NCBI GenBank assembly: GCA_965197925.1
Contig: CBDAOC010000001.1
Coordinates: 24,724 to 88,723, forward strand
Source: Nitrososphaerales archaeon
Lineage (GTDB): Archaea > Thermoproteota > Nitrososphaeria > Nitrososphaerales > UBA213
Direction: 5' to 3'
DNA: 64,000 nucleotides
Numbering within the stretch: position 1 is the stretch's first letter; each line of letters starts with the position of its first letter. A program made the translations under genes and the position numbers. Shown one piece after another: positions 56,954-64,000 of the stretch. A model generated the notes under the pieces. It saw nothing but the letters and a program-made list of their open reading frames with translations. It did no database searches and had not been told where the DNA came from.

Positions 56954-57608
56954 GAGGCTTGGGCGTAATTTAGTTCGAAACGATAAGATCAGGTTCTAGT
57001 TTTTATTGTTGATATGTTTAGCTCAGACTCCATACTTCTTCGTATATTATTTTTGATTGACGTGATTCCTTGGTCAAAACCTAATAGGAAAAGAGGTAGA
57101 CCATTCTACTATTCTCCTACAGTTATGGTGAGATGCTTCATCGTTAGAGTATGGATAAGAATACCAAGCAACAATGCTTTGCATGAATACTATTCGATAG
57201 ACATGCCATACAACAGGAAGGTAATGAAGGCATGTGGTCTTGATAGGTTGCCAGATAAAAGAACATTCGACAGAAGGTCAAGGCCGTATCAATTGACATA
57301 AGATCAAGGATAGGTGCTATGGGTGTGCTCTTCATAAAAGATGGGTTGGTAGACCCAGCCATAGTATCCGTTGACAGTTCATTGTTGAAAGCAAAGGGAC
57401 ATGTATGGCACAAATCTAGCATGAAGAAGAACGAAGTGCCACGCTCCGGTATAGATACAGATGCTCGATGGGGATTCAGCAGAACCAAGGGATGGATATT
57501 CGGATACAAACTACATCTAGCATGTAGCACAAGTTCGTTGATAGTTCCATTATCAGCTGATTTCACAACAGCTAACATTACTGATAACAAGATGTATGAA
57601 AGCATAAC
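56954..57608 (+). mobile_element. IS type A copy 6, truncated
   Basis: Mirror of 48471-49125. Confidence 0.92.
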
Positions 57609-58486
57609 CAACTCATCTCAAAACCCTACAATACATCAAAAATGATGCAGGATTAACAAATGCCAGATAGTTTTCTGCCGTTCTTTCATACCTGGTTCTT
57701 GTTCTGTGAAATCCATTCTTGAGCCATGCAAGGAATCTCTCAACTACAAATCTTGTCTTGTTGTAATGTTTGCAATCATTATTTTGCAAGATGAACTTGG
57801 AATTTATTTTGTATGGGATGCAACATGCAATATTTCTATCCCACAAATACATTCTGATGTATTTTGCATCATGCCCTTTGTCTGCATAAACTGGTTCTAT
57901 CTGTTGTATTGAATCATCATCAAGATAGTCTGAAATTGATCCTGTAACATCCATGCATTTTGTACTGTCATGTTCATTTGCTGGACTCAACAGTATGGAT
58001 ATTGGAAATCCGTTACTCTCTACTGTGGCATGTATTTTTGTACCTGTTATTCTCTTGAATCCATTATATCCAGTTACATTGCCCCTTTTTTATCAGGAAT
58101 GGATGAAGAGTCAACTGATATTTTTTGCAGATTAATTTTGCCAGATTTATGTGCTGAGTGAATAGTACGTGATAGAATCTTTTTCCAGATTCCTTTTTGT
58201 TGCCATTTGTTTAACCTTCTGTTTGCAGTAGAATCATCACCATATCTTTTTGGCATATCGTCCCATCGGCATCCAGTAGTTAGAACATGGATTATTCCGT
58301 TAATGATTTTTCTATCATCATCCCTAGGCCTGCCAGTTTTTGCATGTGGTGGTATGTGTGATTCTATCATACTCCACTGTTTGTCTGATAATTCTTGGAA
58401 TTTCATAAAATAATTTTAGATGTCGCTATTCATGGATCTAAATGGTCGCTAAAAATTGTCTAAATGGTTAGTTTTGAGATGAGTTG
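57609..58486 (-). mobile_element. IS type B copy 3
   Basis: Mirror of 47593-48470. Confidence 0.93.
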
Positions 58487-58850
58487 TCTATAGAATTAGT
58501 TGGAACCCAGGGGTCTATTGGGGTTGTATCCGCCTAATGTTTATTGAGCCTGAAATTCATCAAATTTAAGACGTGTAGAAGAGATCTCAGATTTGCCCAC
58601 GAATTTCACCTGTAGGGTTTCCAACAGTGTGAATGTTAACAAAGTATTTCCTGAGCTCGTCTCAGCAATGAGTTTGGATAAAGTCATCCATGTTCGTTGG
58701 ACATCGAGAATATTCTAACATAATTGGAACCGCTATCTTTCATATGTTCAACCCCATTCAAATAATTAGTTTGGTATCTTAGAGTCTCCCTTCTTGCGAT
58801 TGAAACAAGAATATTTATACAACATGTCGAACTAGGTCTAGTTTTTAGAA

Positions 58851-59522
58851 TTAATCATCATCCATTTCATTTAACAAATCTATACCTAATTTGTGAACAA
58901 GTTTCAATGCTCTATTGGTTAAAACAACTACACCAGATTTTTTTTCTGGATTCATAATCATACAACTAGAAAATCCTTCGGTACCGCCATCATGTCCTAG
59001 AATCTCAGTATTGCCAAGATTATATACATGCCATCCCAAACGGAATTTGGATACCGGTAATCCCAAAAAATATTTTGGAAAATATTTCGTGAATAAGGTA
59101 AGATTAGGTTCAACCCTTGTCATTTGACAGTATTAAGAAGGGAGACAATACTGAATCATTCAAAGCTAAATTTGCTTTTATGAATCTTAGTAAATCAGAT
59201 ACTGTAGAGCGAATACTACCTGCACTTTCAATGGCAGGTGCAACCCAATCTTCAGCTTTTTTTCCAATATAAGAATAACCCGTCGCCAGTCTATCTTTAT
59301 GTGTGTCAAAAAGATTAATCCCTGTATCATTCATATCCAACACATCGCAAATACGATTTTTTATTAGTTCTTCAAATGTAGAATTTGTTACACGCTCAAA
59401 TATTTTTGCAATTAAGCCAAAACCTATATTTGAATACATGAATGTTTCTCCAGATGTTTTTTTTAATTTCATTTTTGACACATATTGAAGAAAATCTGTT
59501 GTATTGTAATGATATATTGGGT
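58851..59522 (-). pseudogene. Serine hydrolase fragment (duplicate)
   Basis: Mirror of 46557-47228. Confidence 0.85.
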
Positions 59523-59548
59523 GGTTCTGTAACATCTTCGAGACCTGA

Positions 59549-60664
59549 TTAAACTGAATTTCCCTTATGTAGTGAAGCATTTTGAATAATCGTTTTCCAC
59601 TTGTTCTTACCATCAATCTCTATTATTGAGGCTTGAGCTGGGGTCTTACCCTTTAATGCACCGTGCTTTTTTGTGAAATTATAGTAAACTCTCATTCCAT
59701 CCAAAATAGCAGTATCCATTCTCTTTAATCCACGAAATACTTTCTCCCTGTCTCTTATCTCAACATTTAGACGTTCCATTTTGTTGTTGTTCATGTCGCC
59801 TTTTAGGTGAATATGTCTAACGTGGTTAGTGTCCTTACCAAACACTTTCTTTGAGGATTTCATGTATGCTGGTAGTCCGTCAGTAACGAAATTTCGTGGA
59901 TTCTTACCAGCTTGTTTCTTGGTTAATTCTAAAAGATTATCTGCATTGTGCTGAAACTTTGTATCTGTCATGTCACTAGCTAGCCAATATCTTGTATCAT
60001 CATCCATACTTGCAAACAGATAGTTTTGTTTGCCATTTACCTTAATCCATACTTCATCAGCTCGGAACCAATCCCCTACTCTTGGAACTATACCATTTAG
60101 ATAGACAGATGTTATTTTGGAATAATTACAAATCCATCTATAGATAGTCATATGCGATACATCAATCCCCATCATTTGATAGTGGTTTGAAATGTCTCTG
60201 ACTGACATTCCCGAATAATACATTTGAAGTGAGCCAGTGATAATATTATCATCAAACTGTTTTTTCTCAAATCCAAAGTTAGCAGTAAATCTCTTTTTGC
60301 AGTCAAGACACTTGAATATCTGAACTGTGCCGTTCTTGTTCTTTCTAGTTTCCTTTTTGGTGATTCTACCTGAATCACAATATTTGCATAATTCTAACTT
60401 TGAGCGTTCCATGATTCTAAATGTGTTATCTCTACGACATTTGTTATTCTTGATAATTTCTAAAACTATCTTGATGTGCTTACAATCTGCCTTTCTAATC
60501 TCATGGTCTTTACACTCACATTTCAAACCGTTATATGTTTTTGATACAATGTAGAATTTACTTGGATTAGTCTGTGATCTTACGGTAAATTTATCAGATT
60601 CAAACTGTGAGCAATGACCTTTAGTTTCCATCATCGATTTGGCCCTTTGTTTTCTTGTATTCAT
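59549..60664 (-). CDS. IS6-family transposase (duplicate)
   Basis: Identical translation to 45415-46530. Confidence 0.92.
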   Translation of the reverse strand: MNTRKQRAKSMMETKGHCSQFESDKFTVRSQTNPSKFYIVSKTYNGLKCECKDHEIRKADCKHIKIVLEIIKNNKCRRDNTFRIMERSKLELCKYCDSGRITKKETRKNKNGTVQIFKCLDCKKRFTANFGFEKKQFDDNIITGSLQMYYSGMSVRDISNHYQMMGIDVSHMTIYRWICNYSKITSVYLNGIVPRVGDWFRADEVWIKVNGKQNYLFASMDDDTRYWLASDMTDTKFQHNADNLLELTKKQAGKNPRNFVTDGLPAYMKSSKKVFGKDTNHVRHIHLKGDMNNNKMERLNVEIRDREKVFRGLKRMDTAILDGMRVYYNFTKKHGALKGKTPAQASIIEIDGKNKWKTIIQNASLHKGNSV

Positions 60665-60694
60665 TTCTTACTGTATATGTATAGTTTGTATAAC

Positions 60695-60790
60695 ATATAA
60701 ACATAACCCATACTTATAATATAAACATAACCCATACTTATAATATAAACATAACCCATACTTATAATATAAACATAACCCATACTTATA
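60695..60790 (-). repeat. 24-bp tandem repeat, four units
   Basis: Same unit as 45313-45384 with one extra copy. Confidence 0.97.
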
Positions 60791-60831
60791 TATTTAAATA
60801 ACATAGTTGTTTAAACAATGTTGAATAAACA

Positions 60832-61014
60832 ATGGCTATAATACAGCTAAAGGGTTATCAATGTGAAAGATGTAATCACGTATGGCATCCAAAAACAATC
60901 AATCAAGAAAATCCTAATGAGATTGAAATTCCTACTATTTGCCCTAGTTGTAAAAGTCCTTATTGGAACAAGCCAAGAAAAATTCCTCTCAAAAAAAGGA
61001 GTACAAAGAAATGA
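60832..61014 (+). CDS. Small zinc-finger protein (duplicate)
   Basis: Identical to 45089-45271. Confidence 0.75.
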   Translation: MAIIQLKGYQCERCNHVWHPKTINQENPNEIEIPTICPSCKSPYWNKPRKIPLKKRSTKK

Positions 61015-63356
61015 AACAAACAGATCCGTTAGAAACCGCTACCAGGAAAAAAATTGATCAGATGTTAGATAATTTAGGATGGCATACCGATGAATTTTCA
61101 AAAGAATGTAATGTAACTACCGAAAGAGCAAAGACCGAGGAACAAAACATAAAACTAAAGAAAATCAGTGGATTCAAAAAACCTCCTAATTATGTTCTAT
61201 ACAAATCAAATTCAGACAAACCTATTGCAGTAATTGAAGCCAAAAGAAAAGGTCAGAATGTGGATGAAGCATTAGAACAGGCAAAAAAACTATATGCAAA
61301 AACATTAGGTGTCAAGATAGTTTTTGCATACGATGGTTCATTTTTCAAATCAGAGAAACTTGATGAGTATGAGGAGCTAAAGATAGATGGTGTTACCGTA
61401 ACTCAACTGATAAATGAAAAATACATACTTAGATTCATCAATGAAGGGCATAATATTTCAGAAGAAACCCCAGAAGTAAAACATTCACGTACCGAACTGA
61501 TCAATGTTTTCAGATATGCAAATAAGATGCTAAGAAAAGAAGGACTACGTGAAGGAATAGAACGATTTACAGAATTTTCAAACATATTGTTTTTGAAATT
61601 GATTAGTGAAATTGAGGAAAACCGAGAGAAGGAAGGTGAAGAACGCATACTAGAAGCTAAATATTGTTGGGATGCTTTCAATACAAGACAATCAGAAGAA
61701 ATGCTAGATTATGTAAACAAGATAGTATTGCCTAGATTAGTCAACAAATACAATCATAGTGTAGACGTGTTTGAAACTGAGTTACGAATACAAAATCACA
61801 TTACTTTGAAATCCATAGTGGACAAATTATCTAAAATTAATTCAACAAATACGGATTCAGATGTAAAAGGAGATGCTTTTGAGTATTTTCTTAAAACATC
61901 AATAACCATAGGAAATGATCTTGGAGAGTATTTTACGCCTCGACATATTGTAAACCTAATGATTGACTTGGTTGAGCCCAAGTTCGGTGAAAAGATTTAT
62001 GATCCTACATGTGGTACAGGTGGATTTTTAATTTCTGCATTTAATTAAATCAAAAAAAGATCTGCACAAGACAAAAACATTATCAAAAAATTAAAGGAAG
62101 AGACTATCTATGGCAGAGAATTTACAGGAACTGCCAAAATTGCAAAAATGAACATGATCATTACAGGTGATGGGCATAACAACATAGAACAAATGGACAG
62201 TTTGGCAAATCCAATAAAAGAGCAATATGATGTTGTAGCAAATCCCCCTTATGGACAAGAGACAGATTATGGAAATTATTATCCGATAATTGGCAAAAAC
62301 GGAGATGCCATATTTTTGCAACATATTATTGAAAGTATGACGAGTGGGGGGAGAGCTGCAGTAGTAATACCAGAAGGCTTGCTTTTTAGAAGTGGTACAG
62401 AATTAAAGGTACGTAAATATTTGTTGCAAAGATGTGATGTTAAGGCTATAATCTCATTGCCTGCAGGCGTGTTTCGTCCATACGCAAAACAGAATAAAAC
62501 AAACATAATATTTTTTGAGAAATGTATTAATCAAGAAAAACCAAGTGGCACTAAACAAGTTTGGTTTTATAATTTAGAACAAGATGGTTTTGATCTTAAC
62601 AGTGATTTTAGGAGACCCATAAAACAAAATGACATTCCTGATTTATTGAGTAAATGGTCTGAGCAAAGAAATTCAGAAAAATCATGTTTGGTTACGATTG
62701 ATAGAATTAAAGAAAATAATTATGATTTATTATTCAAGACATACAATGTAAAATCAGACATTGAGAATGATGGATTTGTCAGTTTTTCCAAGTTTCTTAT
62801 TCCATGTAATGAAAAAATAATGGTTGAAGATAATATAAATTACAAACAAGTTAGGGTTCAACTACATGGTAGGGGTGCAATTCTTAGAAAAACAATCAAA
62901 GGTAAAGAAATTCTTACCAAAGTACAGTATGTAGCAAGAAAAAATAATTTGATAATATCTAAAATTGATGCTAGAAATGGAGCGTTGGCAATAATTCCAA
63001 AAGAATTAGATGGTGCTGTTGTGACTTCTGATTTTCCTTTATTTCAAATTGATAGTCATATTGTAGATTTGGAATATTTGGAAGCATGTATCAAATATGG
63101 TGATTTTGAAAGTATTTTAGAAAAATTATCTCGTGGAACAACCAATAGGAGACGTGTTAAATCTGACTATCTGCTAAAACTGTCAATTTATTTACCTACA
63201 GATAAACAAAAATTAAAAATAATGAGTGAATTTACTACGCTTACAGGCAAAATTGAACAATATAAGAAATCATTAGACAAGGCATATTTAGAAATGAATA
63301 ACTTGATTGGGGATAATTGTAAACTAGCAATAGACAGTTCATTTCAGAAAAAATAG
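60963..63356 (+). pseudogene. Fused R-M-S gene with in-frame TAA (duplicate)
   Basis: Stop at 62046-62048; downstream ATG 62148 is in the same frame. Confidence 0.88.
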
Positions 63357-63378
63357 GTCTCGAAGATGTTACAGAACC

Positions 63379-63751
63379 GATAATCCTGCCCCTTCTTTGC
63401 TCTCGCGTCTAGCGAAGCTCCAATCGCGGCGCCTATCATTAGCCCGATGATCATTCCGAAGGTAATTCCGCCACTTACATTTCCAAGCACGGCGCCAAAG
63501 ACGACGCCAAAGGAACTACCAAATACCATGACCATACCAGTCAGTTTCCCAACGTTCTCTCCCGCCATGACCAATTTGTGAAGTTTCTGGAGATGTTTTG
63601 TCATGGTGTTAATGACCCTTGAGTGGTTTTTGCGCTCTTCTTTTGTCGAAGAAGCTGGATCACCTAGGTTCCTGACAAGCTTTGTGATTTCCCCTCGAAA
63701 CTGCTGGCATTCATCGCAGCCCATGGAGAAGCTGTCGACTCTCTTCGCCAC
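63379..63751 (-). pseudogene. Gly-rich membrane protein (duplicate)
   Basis: Mirror of 42352-42724. Confidence 0.55.
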
Positions 63752-64000
63752 TCTGAGAAGAAAATCATCTTGTACTTCTTTTACGCCCTCTCGCCAAACT
63801 TATCCCTGTATCTCCTGATTTCCCCAGCAATCTCATCATACCAATCTGACGAATTCGACAATATCTGTTCACCCCTCTCTATGTCGCCGTTTTTCTTATC
63901 ATATGGTGAGAACTCTTCGGGTGTGTCTTGTTAATCGTCTCTAAATATAGTTTCCATAATCTTACGAATCATTCAGGCATCTTGGCCAAAATATCTGGAC

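Larger units (their letters stand above)
59523..63378 (-). mobile_element. IS6-family transporter element, second copy (3856 bp)
   Basis: Same 24-bp TIRs. Confidence 0.9.
56954..64000 (-). repeat. Arm 2 of the inverted duplication; runs off the window end
   Basis: Reverse complement of 42103-49125 apart from a few SNPs and one extra 24-bp unit. Confidence 0.97.

Noticed and set aside
299..63818. Numerous short antisense ORFs in the track
   Set aside because: They are shadows of real genes or ISs and have no recognisable motifs.
1..64000. tRNA or rRNA genes
   Set aside because: None recognised by eye; a covariance-model scan was not possible.

Overview
This is a 64 kb AT-rich archaeal window, most consistent with a thaumarchaeote (Nitrososphaerota). 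The basis is the aconitase-X pair, PurP, archaeal EF-2 with the diphthamide-site His, MpgS, TatA/TatC and a thaumarchaeal-type Cas1. Intact housekeeping blocks alternate with IS-rich, pseudogenised regions containing at least four IS types. Main observations: (1) The aEF-2 gene is interrupted after codon 21 by a 31-nt insert (50980-51010) that folds into a canonical bulge-helix-bulge. Cutting at the standard positions restores the frame and the QIR-NIGTIAHVDHGKT P-loop, so this is a candidate tRNA-type intron in an essential mRNA. (2) A solo casposase-like cas1 (7000-8085) can be re-joined to the 3' end of aEF-2 through a shared 8-bp IS target duplication (AGGTAATT), reconstructing a casposon end at the known family-1 casposon target gene. 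(3) A 3.8-kb IS6-family element with perfect 24-bp TIRs carries a fused nuclease-methylase-specificity gene and a variable 24-bp tandem repeat. (4) An inverted duplication of at least 7 kb brackets the aEF-2 segment. (5) There is also an orphan 2-spacer CRISPR remnant and a CysH-Sat fusion. All calls come from reading the sequence and motifs; no database searches were run.
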